In this document: one piece after another, positions 12,931 through 29,426 of the stretch
How positions within the stretch are numbered: position 1 is the first letter of the stretch
Layout: each line of letters begins with the position of its first letter
NCBI GenBank assembly: GCA_021613535.1
Contig: CP075494.1
Coordinates: 15,128,001 to 15,192,000, forward strand
Source: Adineta vaga
Lineage: Eukaryota; Animalia; Rotifera
Direction: 5' to 3'
Length of the DNA: 64,000 nt
Position numbers and translations under genes: made by a program
The notes under the pieces: model-generated
Databases searched by the model: none
The model's input: the letters and a program-made list of their open reading frames with translations, nothing else
Told to the model about the DNA's origin: nothing

Positions 12931-13339
12931 ATGGAAGTTTCAACGATGTCAGTGAAGAATACAACTCATTCTTCGATATTAAATCAAACTCTCACAACAA
13001 TTGTATCACCGAAAAAACCTTTATTAGATAAAGGACAAGAATTAATTCGTAATCGAATCAATCAAATTGATCGAGGTACTTTAATCTGGAGTACAATTGC
13101 ACTTGCAGCTTTTACTTGTTTAATTTTAATGTATATTGGTGTAAGAACATTCATGTAAGTTGTTCAAGATAGAGAAACATAGATCTATGAACCTTCTTCT
13201 TTTAAGGCTACGTAAAAAACGTCGATCAAGAAGATACAAATTACTTAGTAATGCAACAACAATGGAAGAACCACTCTTCAACGAACGTGCTGAAGACGAA
13301 GACGAGAAAGATGATGACACATTGTTCGTACGAAGATAA
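12931..13339 (+). CDS. FAM174-like (DUF1180) single-pass membrane protein; 5' end uncertain
   Basis: S/T-rich ectodomain, TM 'LIWSTIALAAFTCLILMYIGV', then 'LRKKRRSRRYKLL...MEEPL...EDEDEKDDDTLFV', typical of the FAM174 cytoplasmic tail. Intron ~13155-13206. Confidence 0.7.
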
Positions 13340-13836
13340 ATGCAAGATACAATCGTCGGTTTTTCTTGCATTTTTCTTTTTCTCGTCTTCGCGTTCTTCT
13401 TATTCTATATTTTCTATACACTGTTACTCGCCCCTTCGTCGTCTTCTGCTTTCAAGTTATATATATATATGATACTTTGATATTCTTTTGTCTTTTTCAA
13501 ACGATTTATTTCTTGATTCAATAAAAAGATATTTCGAACGTCAATTTACAGCTTAGATTCTTCTTCACCATCGTAAGTTTGATCATTGAATAAAAGTAAC
13601 GGAATCGATTATTATCTATGAAAGATTATTTCCGTCTGTTTGCCATATGTGATTGAATATTTTATCATAACGAACGATGTTATGTCTGAGATAATTATAT
13701 TATTAGAAAAGAGCAGATAAGTTCATTAGATAGATGCAAAAGAAAATCTTTTTTTTCCTATTTTATTTCATTCAAAACATCGATGTGATGTATAGAGACG
13801 GTATTTATTATAGATTGATCAATTTCATTTGAAAGA

Positions 13837-15432
<1,596 letters not shown>

Positions 15433-16130
15433 ATGAAATATATATATATACATGCTCTAGTCATCAATGTCTGTCGTTGGAGTTCTTTTTTGTAAAAAAA
15501 AACAATTATCCATCTTTTCATCTCATTAACATCGACATATCATTTAACTAGATTATACGAACAGTGTATTTCTTGTTGACATTTCTTTGCTGATTATCTG
15601 AAACTTTCATAACAAAGATGTCATAGTATGTATTTATGTAATTAGACGAATATTCTTTTGTTAATTCTTGACAATGTATAGGTATGGAAGTTTTTCGAGG
15701 TAAAGTTTGTCAGATGATTAACATTAAGAAGAAAAATAATACACATGTCGTTGTTGTTGTTGTTAGAGATCTTCTTTTGTAATAAAATAAAATGACGAAT
15801 ACTTGAGTATTTTCCTCTAGAGAGACAATTCACTATTGTATACGATAAAAAGAACTGATCACTTTAAGAAATTAGTCGATTTGTTTATTAATGCAAATTC
15901 GATTATTAACAAGAATTTGTTGCGAATAAATTTTGTTGAATATATCGATTAAGATTTGCACATCGTGCAGAAAAGGGTGACATCTCGTTTTGATGTAATT
16001 GGCCACAATATTTCAATGACACGAAGAAACATGTCGTTGCGATTGCGATGAGGAAAAAAAGTAAAGTAAAGCAGTCGTTTTCTCAACACAACCTGTGCGT
16101 CTTTTGTGAAACTTATTCTTAAAATAAATA

Positions 16131-16777
16131 ATGGCATATAATGATTCTCATGATATGAATAGCAGATTATCTCTCGTTCTGGACGTGAAAGTAAAACAAT
16201 TTTCATAAATTGACATCTGATATTTTGTATATTTTAGACATTATTAACTAATGAAGGTTATCGGAAATTGTTTGAAAAATGTGAAAATGTTTATGATATA
16301 TTTTCTCGTCAAAGAGATTTATACAATCAGTACGATTTTATAAAATGGATAGACGCACTATCGTTTTTGAACCACTATTCTGTTATTGAACCGTTGATTG
16401 TTTTTCCGAAGAAACTTTTTCCAGGCAACACTCCCTTACAACATGATGATTGTGTTACCCTTATTCAGTTTTATTCTCTTATGGAAAATATTTTCCGTAA
16501 TACATTACTTCATCCATATATTCCTGCTTATCGTACAATTAATAAAAACTGTGGAAGATATTGTTCATTTTTCCGACGTTACGAAACCAAATTACCATTT
16601 AGAGAACTTCGATTTGATACCTTTAATTCGAATTTATTGACTTATACAGGCAATGATCAACAGAAGACGATTATATATGCCTTAACTTGTAGTATTCTTT
16701 ACCATTATTATCAACGGGAACTTGAATTTTTGATTAAAGATCAAGCAGAACCTAAACGACGACAGCATGGAAATTAA
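16131..16777 (+). CDS. Two-exon protein of unknown function (~200 aa)
   Basis: ATG 16131 exon (MAYNDSHDMNSRLSLVLDVK) splices in frame through GT 16191..AG 16237 to ORF 16268-16777. No motif recognised. Confidence 0.55.
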
Positions 16778-17145
16778 ACAACGATATTTTACTGGTGAAA
16801 TAAAAGAAACCAGTCTTAAGACTGAAATATATATTTGTTCGTTTTTGTGAATTATGTTTTGATTATCGATTTGTTTTTCATTTTCCTATTCTAGATTTGA
16901 TATAAATCAAAAAAAGCTTTATCATGTTAAATATCTCGTCATTACTCATGAATTTTCAACTCCCAGAAAAATTCAATACATTATATCGGTAACAGTTATA
17001 TTTCTTTACTTAATTTAGACGATTGAACAAATTAAGCACTTATCATTAAGAGATAGATATAAGCCTGATTTATTTTATTTTTATTTTTAATGAACGCTTG
17101 AATTATGAAAATTAATTTGAAAAAAATTAGAATTGAAAAAAGTTT

Positions 17146-17901
17146 TCACCAAATATGTGGTTGAATACTTGGTTGTGCTGCTATTATACGAAGAAATTCG
17201 GCTTGTGGTACATAGCCTGTCGGATCTAATTGAGGTGTCAATTGACTCCAAACAATATTATGTTGAGAAGCAGGTTCAAAATTAGGAATTTGATAGAACT
17301 GATTCATATGTTGAAGAAGTTGAAGTGCTTCTGCTGCATTTACATAACCAGGTCGTGAGATAACACCACCAGGCATTGCATTAATAACATATTGCCAACG
17401 ATTTGTTGGACTATCAATACCACGTTGTAATAGAACATATGCCATCATAAATTCATCAAATGTTAAAACTCCTACATAGAAAATACCTTTCGATACTTCT
17501 TCTTTCCTCTAAATCGTTTTTTTCTCTTACCATTACGATCTTTATCAAACATAACAAAAATTCCTAAATATAAAAACAAATCGAACATATTAGAATAGAG
17601 AATATTTCTTCTAAAAATAAATCATACGTTCAGCTTCACTATCTAAATTATATGGACTAGCATTTGGATTAATTTCCGTATAGGATTGTTTGAATTCACT
17701 AACCGTCATCCTATTCAATAACGTTTTTATAGAAGAAAGAAAAACCCACGGTGTATGACTTTACCGTCCATCTTTTCCAGCTCGTTCAATAAATGCTTCA
17801 TAGAGTTGTTGAATAATATGCGGTGGTAATTGACTTTGTTGACTAAAAAGTCTTATATCATAATCGGTTAATGTTCTTCCTCGATTATTTTGATTACCCA
17901 T
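17146..17901 (-). CDS. EF-hand Ca2+-binding protein, neuronal-calcium-sensor-like, putative N-myristoylation
   Basis: Starts 'MGNQNNR'. Loops 'GKDGRMTVSEFK' and canonical 'FDKDRNGVLTFDEF'. Four exons. Confidence 0.75.
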
Positions 17902-18047
17902 AACGTTTTGTTTTTTTTTACAAATGAATATGAAAATATTCGTTGATGTTCTGCTTGAATACATTCGTATTATCAAATAGCCTTGATGATCAATTGTTTT
18001 GTTTTGTTTTTAGATATTAATAGATTGTTTATGTTTATCGTTGACTA

Positions 18048-18693
18048 ATGATTAAAGCAATACTTGTTTTTAACAATTCAGCTAAACCAAGATTGGTGAA
18101 ATTCTTTGAACATTATTCGGAAGAAATTCAACAACGAATTCTTCGTGAAATATATCAATTAGTTTCCAAACGTGATGATCATGTTTGCAATTTTCTTGAA
18201 GGTGGCTCGATTATTGGTGAAAATGATTGTCGATTAATCTATCGTCATTATGCAACATTATATTTTATCTTTTGTGTTGATAGTTCCGAAAGTGAATTAG
18301 GTATTTTAGATTTAATACAAGTTTTCGTTGAAACATTGGATAAATGTTTCGAGGTAAAGAATGACTTTTTGTTATCTTCAACAAAGAATTAGAAATGTAT
18401 ATATATATATATATATATATATTTATGTTTAGAATGTTTGTGAACTTGATTTAATCTTTCATGCGGATAAAGTTCATTATATTCTTCAAGAAATTTGTCT
18501 TGGTGGAATGGTTTTAGAAACAAATTTGAATGAAATTATTGCACGATTTGATGAACAATCGAAATTAGAAAAACAAGAAGCTGGATTCTCAGCCGCACCT
18601 GCGAAAGCAATGACGGCATTGAAAGAAATGAATTTACCACAAAAAATTAAAGATATAAAACTTCCTGATCTCAATCTCAATTTACGTTTTTAA
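18048..18693 (+). CDS. AP3S1: AP-3 adaptor complex sigma subunit
   Basis: 'MIKAILVFNN..KPRLVKF', 'LIYRHYATLYFIFCVDSSESELGILDLIQVFVETLDKCFENVCELDLIFH'. Intron 18354-18432. Confidence 0.95.
18398..18422. repeat. (TA)n microsatellite in the AP3S intron
   Basis: Direct TA run. Confidence 0.9.
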
Positions 18694-18904
18694 AATTATT
18701 CGAAAGAACTAAATGTAAAATATGGTTTCTTTTAGCAATTAATAACAAATCTTGATTTTATTTTCTTGTTTATTTGATGTTTTGACTGTTGAATCAATCA
18801 ACTTGTTGAATTCGAAGTTTATTGACATAACATTACGTTTGAAAAAATACATCAATAGATGACAAAGAAAAGAAAAACATTTTGCTTTTGTATCTCTGCA
18901 TACA

Positions 18905-19648
18905 TTAGATGTGTGCGAGTTCATCCTGTTCTTCCGAATCAGAACCTGAGATTGCTTCACGTTGATTATTTCGTGCACCTTTACCACTATCTTTCTTCGT
19001 TCCGATTAAATTTCGTGCATTTAAATTGCCTGTCTTCTTTGGCATTCGATTCGGATTATAATAATCACTCGCATCTTCTTCATCGTCATCGGAATCATCT
19101 TCTGAAATACTTTCATTTCCAGTTCGTCGATCGGCAGGTAAACCATTATCATTATCACTTGATTCATCATCATTATATCGTTCATCGAAAATGACATCTT
19201 CTAATCCTTCATTTGTACTATTCGATGTTTCAGTTATATTGATATTATCAGGAATTTCACGCATTCGTTTCAATTCACGAGCTTCGTCAGCTAGAAGAAG
19301 AAAAAAAAGGAAAAGATTTCAAATGTATTTCCTTAAAATCTTTATTTTACCATGATATTTCATAATAACATCAGCTTTATCATCTTGATAATCTCGAAGT
19401 CCGACGAGAATAACATCGCCTTGATTGATCCATTGTTTTTTGCGTAATTTACCACGAATATGACATAAACGTTTCTTTCCTCCAGCTGTATCGAAACAGA
19501 ATGCTTCTAAATGTCCATTACCTAAAATTCGTGTCACTTGAGCATAGGATTGTCCCTCTTCTCGAAGAATTAATTCACGTTTAACATCATCATTTTCATT
19601 TTTACCACGACGACGATTTTTACCACCTTTTCCTTTATTTTTTGGCAT
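18905..19648 (-). CDS. EIF1A: Translation initiation factor eIF1A with extended acidic C-terminus
   Basis: '[18 protein letters not shown]', '[12 protein letters not shown]', '[18 protein letters not shown]'. One intron ~19292-19350. Confidence 0.95.
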
Positions 19649-22600
19649 TGTTTAATGAATTAATTGAATGAAAATGCCCTGAAGTTCTATAAATACAATC
19701 GATATATGATAGTAAAAATTTCCGTAATAATTCACGTGAAAATTCTCTACTCCAAATAAACAATCGATGAAAACAACAAAACAGATTAAAGTCTACCAAT
19801 CATATCCAGTTTATGACTACAGTGTATATTTATAAAAAAAAAGTAATATATCATTTGACAACGGATATAAATCCTTGACAACAGATGTCGACAGATGAAA
19901 GATAGTGCTTGACTTGCTAATATTTGAATCAAGTCGAAACAAAAAGTTTGATTTCTTAGACTCTTTAATCATCAATCACCCGAAGAGAAAATATTCCGAT
20001 TTACGTTTTTCCTCGAATCAACAATCCATTCTTCAATTGATTTTCTTGTCGATTGTTTGATCGGTGTACCAAAGAAACGTATGTCTGACTTTCTTTCAAA
20101 AGATTCAAGTAACTCGGATCTTGTATGACTATGAAAGACAATTGGATAGACCTTACCATCAAAGTTTAAGCATATAATAGACGTCATCGTGCATCTAGTA
20201 CGTGGAATAGGTCAAAGTTCAATTTATTGATCTTTACTACGTTCATTCCTTGTATTTTCAACTGAATGTATAGTTAATTACGTGTTATTATTAACTTGTT
20301 TTCTGACAAAGTTCAACGTGAAAACCATTTTGATTATAAATTTCTCTTAAATAACATATTCCGAAAGTAACCATTCTCTTTCTATATTATTTCGACACTC
20401 TTCACTAAAAACTCTATTGTGAGATAATTTCCAATAGAATTATTCAAAGAACATTTCTTTGAGCTTTATCTGAATTGAAATTATAATACATTTATATTCT
20501 ATCCCGGTCAAAGTAAAAGGACGAGTAGATATCTCATTTCTTATGCATAACATCATCATGTAAATTTGCCTTTTTTCCTCCCTTATTTTGATATAAGGTT
20601 TGATTTTGACCATATGATTAGTTAGGTTTTCTTTTTACAATAGTTGTTGATTAAATTATAAAAACAATTTGATCGTTTCAATGCTTTATATGCAAATTGT
20701 TTTCGTCGTTTAAGTGTGTTCTCAAATAGTTACTCGTAACAAAAAAAGAAGCTAGGTATCAACATAAACTAGTCGCTTTTCTCCTCTCCTATAGAAATTT
20801 GTTTAGTTGAATAGAAATGTAAATTGCAGATTGTTAGTTCGTAGTTTTCAGAATTGTTTTCTGCATAAATATCAGAAACTATTCGATCGAATAATTACAT
20901 CATGTCACTCAATTATGACGATGTTTCTCGAACGAAAAACTGATGAATAGATCATTTGAAAGATGTTCGTTGAGACAAATAATAACATATCGTCAATATT
21001 TTGACTAACCTTCCTTCCGTTCTTATACACAATGAAAAAACTATTTCTAAGTATTCACTCGACGAACTAACTACATAATTGTTCTAACAGGAGATAAAAA
21101 CGATTCTTCTTAGATTTGTGTATGTTGACTTGCTATCGTCTATTTCATTCGTGCTTTTTTTTACTCATTTGAGATTGTGTTAGACTGTTTGTTCTTCAAA
21201 GAAGCGTGTATATCTAAAAAGACATCAATCAAATCTTACACGCATGTTCACATCACAGAAGTGACAATTTCAACAGAGTAGATGTTTCTCAAGTTTATTC
21301 GATTAATAAAATAAGCCGGTAAAAGAATCTCATGTTAGTTAAACCGAATAGATTCTACTTCCGAAGAAGAATATTAATTTCTTTGACTGCAACATGGTTG
21401 AATAAATTGAGAGCGTCAGAACGCTACAAGTTAGAAGTGAAATAGTTCTTTTCATGTTTGAATTTATATTACTTGTGTCATGATGTAATCTCGGAACAGA
21501 TTCAGTTCGCTCAGTAAATAAGTAATGTGTCGGATGACAATGAAATATCGATGAAGATCGCACAGTTTCTACTCAAATCTTCTATTGTCATTCATGCGTA
21601 ACTGCTTCTCCAAGTAAAGTTCACGCTTTTTGTTTCGTTGGAGATAAAAAAAATATTCCGTCAGTTATTGACAGGCAATTTGAATAAGAATAAATAGATT
21701 GTTTTGAGAGTGACGAATATCTAATAGATATAAAAGTATATCGAATTGTCAATTCCTTGAATGTACTTTAATTAATTATAGATTAAAATATCATGAATTT
21801 ACAAATTTATGCCGTGTTAGAAACGTCTTAGACAAGAAATCATTTGAGGAAGTTTATAAATTCAGTTCGAATACGATCTTGATGATTTATATAATGCAAG
21901 AGAAATTCCAGTATCGATAGAAGTCTGTTTTCCAGTTTGACAAAAAGAAAATCAAGATATAATAGTGAAAACAGCTGTCATGAACAGAAAATGATTTCTT
22001 TCTTTTCACTATTGTCATTCGAAGTATCATCTAACATAGTGTCGGCAGCAGCTGAATAGCAATTCTTCTTTCTCACCATGTTTTCTATTCACGATGACGT
22101 CGTCCAAATCATATCTTGATTTTGTTCTTGTAAGACAATTGAGTTCATAAGTTTTACCGACGCATGTCATTGAAAGATTAGTTTTGTCATTTTTCTTAAT
22201 CTTATCATCGACTAGAATAATTTTTCTTCTAACTGTCATATTTCTTTTTTCAATTCGATTAGATTGTTGGATTTTGTTCTTTTATTTAATGATAAATCTG
22301 CGTTTTCATGTCCATTTCCTTTTCATAATCACTTATGCTTGAACAATTATCATCAATCATACAAATGACACTAAATCGAAGAGAAGAATAGTGATTTTAT
22401 AGCATACATTAGCTTCGATTTGTCCTATATGTTAACAAATACACTTTGGTAAGTTTTCTACTTCAATAAAGATCTATGCAATCATACATGAATTAAATAT
22501 ACTTTTCAACTTACAAAATACCTCTGATGATAGTGCTTCAGGTCATTTGTCTCATTTGTATTAGTTCATATTCGTTTGCCTGAAAACTGAATATGTAATA

Positions 22601-23599
22601 AGAATATCAAAAAAAAAGAACTTCTCTACTTTGCTACGATCTCACCAAACGATAGACATAGTACAAGAATTGATTTACAGACTTATTGATTATTCACAAT
22701 GCGATATTCGGTAAAAAAAAATCTGCGTATCTACATAAGCTAGTCGACGAATATTTGTCGAGAAAAACTGATTATATAGTTGAAATATAATCCCGAATGA
22801 ATTTATTCATGCATTTAGTTAATTAAAATCAAAACTAAATGATTATTATCATATTCATGATTTCTTTTGCTTCACTTGTCAAACATCTCCTCTTTCTCTC
22901 ATTAGTTTTCTAATGATAGAAAAACGAATACTATGCTAACATTATTTGCGTATTAAACTTTATATTAAGAATCATCTTCATAACCAGTTATTATTTTTTT
23001 GTTTTACACCCCGATGAAATATTCTATTAACTATCTAATTTTTCACATCACTGCTTATTAATCAAAGGAAACATAGAGACATCTTTGCGTCGACAATTTT
23101 CTTTTACGTCAATTCTTATTCACATGCAATAGTACTTCATTTTGCACGTCAATTTTCATTTCTTCTCAACAAATCAGTTTCAAATAGAGACTAATTTCTC
23201 AATGATATTTCATCACGGTCGATAGAAAAATCAATATTATACGTTCGTCTATACATCACAAAATGTGATCGTAGTTTCTCTAAAAGAAAAAACATAGATC
23301 ATTTCAAGTTCGTTAAAATATATAGCATTTTATGTACTTCCGTATTAAGTAACATTTGATTATTGTGAACATAGATATTACTATCTAATTTCATGTTAGA
23401 TAAAGTAACAGAAGAAATTCATCAAGCAAGCGAGAATGAGAGAAAAACAATATTAGATTGTTGATGAATGAAGAGAAGCGCAAAGAAAAAGACGAGAAGG
23501 AATGGATTCATAAGCATAATCATTATTCTATTCTAGACATTCCATATTGATAAGTTAGAAGTTAACATATATATATATATATATCTTTTTTCATCAACA

Positions 23600-25620
23600 A
23601 TGGTTAACATTTCGACAAGAGTTATAATGCCTGTCGATACACCAGAATATTATAATAAATTTCAAAAATTACAAACGATTTTAACGAAAATTACTAATCC
23701 ATATATATTCATTATTGGTTGTATTGGTTTAATAACAAATACATTAACAATTGCACTTCTATTGAGAAGTTTTATGACTAAAAATCTTCGACATAAATGG
23801 ACATTGATTGCTTTAGGTATGTACAGAAAATCAACATTGATTTCGTCAAAAAAAAGAAGAGAAATCTCGAAGATGTTAGAAAATCATTTAGATTTATTTT
23901 AAATCTTTAAAAAGATTGTCTTTTGAAAAAGTGACATGCAGAAGTGCACTCTTTCACACTCATCTACTTAATAATAGTTATTCATCAAAGACGATTTAGG
24001 TTTTGAAAAGTATACGAACTATCAAATGACTATATAGTCATTTTTAGTATAATATTTGATTTGACAATAGGGACGGAAATACATAAAGTGTCTCTATAAT
24101 TAGTACTAAGTCTAAGTTTGTCAGACGAATAAATAAATGTTGATACAGTTTTTCAATGCGAATTTCGAATAAGTATGATATTCATATATGGGTGTTCTAT
24201 TTTTTTAAGCTCACAGCGACCTTGTTCATAATGTAGCTTTATTAATTCGTGTTCTTCATGACATAACCAAAGGAAAAATTCCACATCTATGCTTAACAAT
24301 ATCATTTCTTAGTCAATTAGCTGAATTATTATCAGCTTGGTTTACTGTTTTATTTACAGTTCAACGTTATGCAGCTGTTCGATATCCAATTCAAATCGCT
24401 GTTGAAAAACGTTCAACACCGATAATCCTTCTTTTCTTTATTCTTACATTAAGTGTCGTATTTTGTTCTATACTAACATACCATGGTAATCATAACAATT
24501 GTCATGAAGAAATAACAACAAGATGGTATATTGCCGATGCTTTATCTTCATTTATTATTCCGTTTTCATTAATTTTAATATTTAATCTTCTTATTGTTAA
24601 TCTTATTCAACAACATGGACGATCAGAGATCAGTGCACATTCAACATTATCACGAAATGTTAAACGAAATAAAAATACGAAAAATCGTAATCATAACAAA
24701 TATCATCTACAAGAAGAAAGTTGTTTAATAACTTCAGTTTCAAATTATCAACCAACTGGACATACTCCAATATCTGATACTGATATGGAAAGAAAATTTG
24801 ATTCAACGGGATCATTCGGTCGATTCGATGAAAATATTAATTCATTAAATAAAAAAGATTTGGAAGGATTATATAACAATAACAATAGTGAAACAGAAAT
24901 TTCCAATAAAGAGATTCAGATAACAGTGGTAAGAGAGATTTTCATAGCTAACTTTCATTCTGTATTCAATATTTCTTTACGAATCTACTGAATATTATTT
25001 TCTATATTTAGTCACCAGTTGAAATAGTTAATCATAATATTGTTTATTATAATAATAATAATATTCAATCTTCTCCTCAACGTGCACAATCATTGTCGAA
25101 TGGTCAAAGAAAATCTCGTAATACATCATTTAAATCTAATGAATCACAAGAAGAAGCCGACTGTTCGAGTACGAAAGACGGACCAACAAATCAATCCATA
25201 CGAGTAACACGTATGCTCGTTCTTGTTTCTACGTGTTTTCTTATTCTCAATGCCCCAGCACATATCTGTGTTCTTATTCTGAAAATCTATACAACAATTG
25301 AATCACATATTTATAGTCAACATAATGTATTAGATCATTTTCAACAAACAGCTAATTTAACAAGTAATCAATTGAAAAAATTTGTTTTTATTGAAACTAA
25401 TAATAATAATACGATGCTTTACAAGAATTCTTCATCAGTTTATGATGGTGATGTTGTTAATGATGAAGCGGTTTTAATTCATTTACTTTATATAAGTGTT
25501 TTCTTTACACAATTAATAGCGTATGCATCATACGCCATTAATTTCTTTCTTTATTCATTTAGTGGAGTTGCTTTTCGAACAGGACTTCGACAATTCATTA
25601 AGAAATTACGTGAACGTTAA
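23600..25620 (+). CDS. Class A GPCR, FMRFamide/peptide-receptor-like
   Basis: TM1 'IGLITN', TM2 'LAHSDL', TM3 'FTVQRYAAVRYP', TM5 'IIPFSLILIFN', TM6 'RVTRMLVLVSTCFLILNAP', TM7 'YAINFFLY'. Exons ~23600-23817, 24210-24928, 25012-25620. Confidence 0.85.
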
Positions 25621-26426
25621 TATTTCTATTGTGAAGACTTTATTCTTTTTCGATCAAGTTAGATTTCAGTCAACGACAATGTTAATCTACGAATTGTTCT
25701 TATATTATCAATGTAATAATGTAATGAATTTTTTTTTCTTGTTTCAAGTAATTATGTGTGTATATATATATTTATGTACTAATAAATATTGTTTTAAATG
25801 ATCGTACACTTTTCCAACGAATCGACTTTTGATAAAACATGAACAATTTTTATCATTTATTTCGTCTTGAAAAACATTGATTGGAATTATAAAGGTGTGA
25901 AGTTCTAATATCACCTTTGTAAATATATCGTCAAATATATAACCGTGAGATGAATCACTTTTGGGTTTGGATGTTATATTACATTCAAATGCCTAAAACT
26001 CTAAACAGAGGGGCTATGAGTACCCATGTTTTTGAAGGTTTTTATACTTCAGTAGAGTCATGTTTTACGATCTTCTTCAATGGATAATTGTGAAGAAAAA
26101 TTGAATATGTCAAGATGATCGAATATTTATTATTGAAACTGTTGTATTAAATATCCATTGCTTTGTTGTTGTTATCTTTTCTTGATGGAGAAATATGAGA
26201 TTGATCATATGCTAATACATTGATCTCCAATACTGTCAGTAAAAACAAAACGAAGAGGACGTATTGAGAAAAACAAAATCCCGAATAAAATCATACAAGT
26301 ACATAAAACTTCGATAACAAAGGAAAATAGAAAAAGTCGCTCAACTGTACATACACACAATCAATTAAAAGAATGTGAGAAAATTTTTTATATATTATAC
26401 ATCGAAATGAACAACGAGTAGATCTT

Positions 26427-28542
<2,116 letters not shown>

Positions 28543-29426
28543 TCGATGAATACTTTCGTTATTTTCTCAGATTTCAACGAAAATTTCAAGTACGTAAAAG
28601 ATTTTTCAAGTAAATGTCATTTATTCAACAATTGAAATTATTCTTATTTTGTTAATAAAGACTTTTCGACAATGTATTAGTCAAAAGAATAAACGAGTAA
28701 TAAACTTCTCAAAAGATGTCTCTATAGACACGTATAGAACAATCTTAATCAATTTCACTTCTTTATACAATATCTATTTTCATAATCATTACACTTGATT
28801 TGTTTTCATTAGTAAACAAATAATAGTCTTGTTATTTACCTTTTCTTTCCTCTTGATATTCGTATCTTATACAATTCGTTACGTGTTTTATATTTATTAA
28901 TTACATCAAGTTCGTTCGATGATCATTTTCCGAAAATATTCATCCGACCGACAAGATTGATTGATGAATAAGTTCGTTCTCGTGTTCAAATTCAAACGAA
29001 TTTCATTATCTGATATCATTTGGATTCGATAGATTTTTCTAGCTTTATTTTTTTGATAATGATGTGATAGTAATGCACTTCAGAAATGAGAAAATGTTAC
29101 AGCGACATCTATAGAAGAAAAGATTGTTGTTGTTTTTGTTTGTCTTTCTCAGAATATCAATAATAAATAATTTTAAAAAAAGGTTAATTGATTTAAGAAT
29201 TTCAAGTATTTACAAATGAATCTAGTCTGTTTGACAATTCGTTGTTCGAAAGTAATCAAGCTGCCTATTCGTTTATTTTGTTTTTATTTGTTTATTTCAA
29301 ATTGTCGTACACGGTTCGAATGAAAGAAAGAAAGAAAGAAGGAGGAGAAGAAAGACAACTTATATATCGAAATTTTGTTTTTTTAGATTCATACAGTTGT
29401 GTAGTTATATGCCAGTTGCCTAAATC

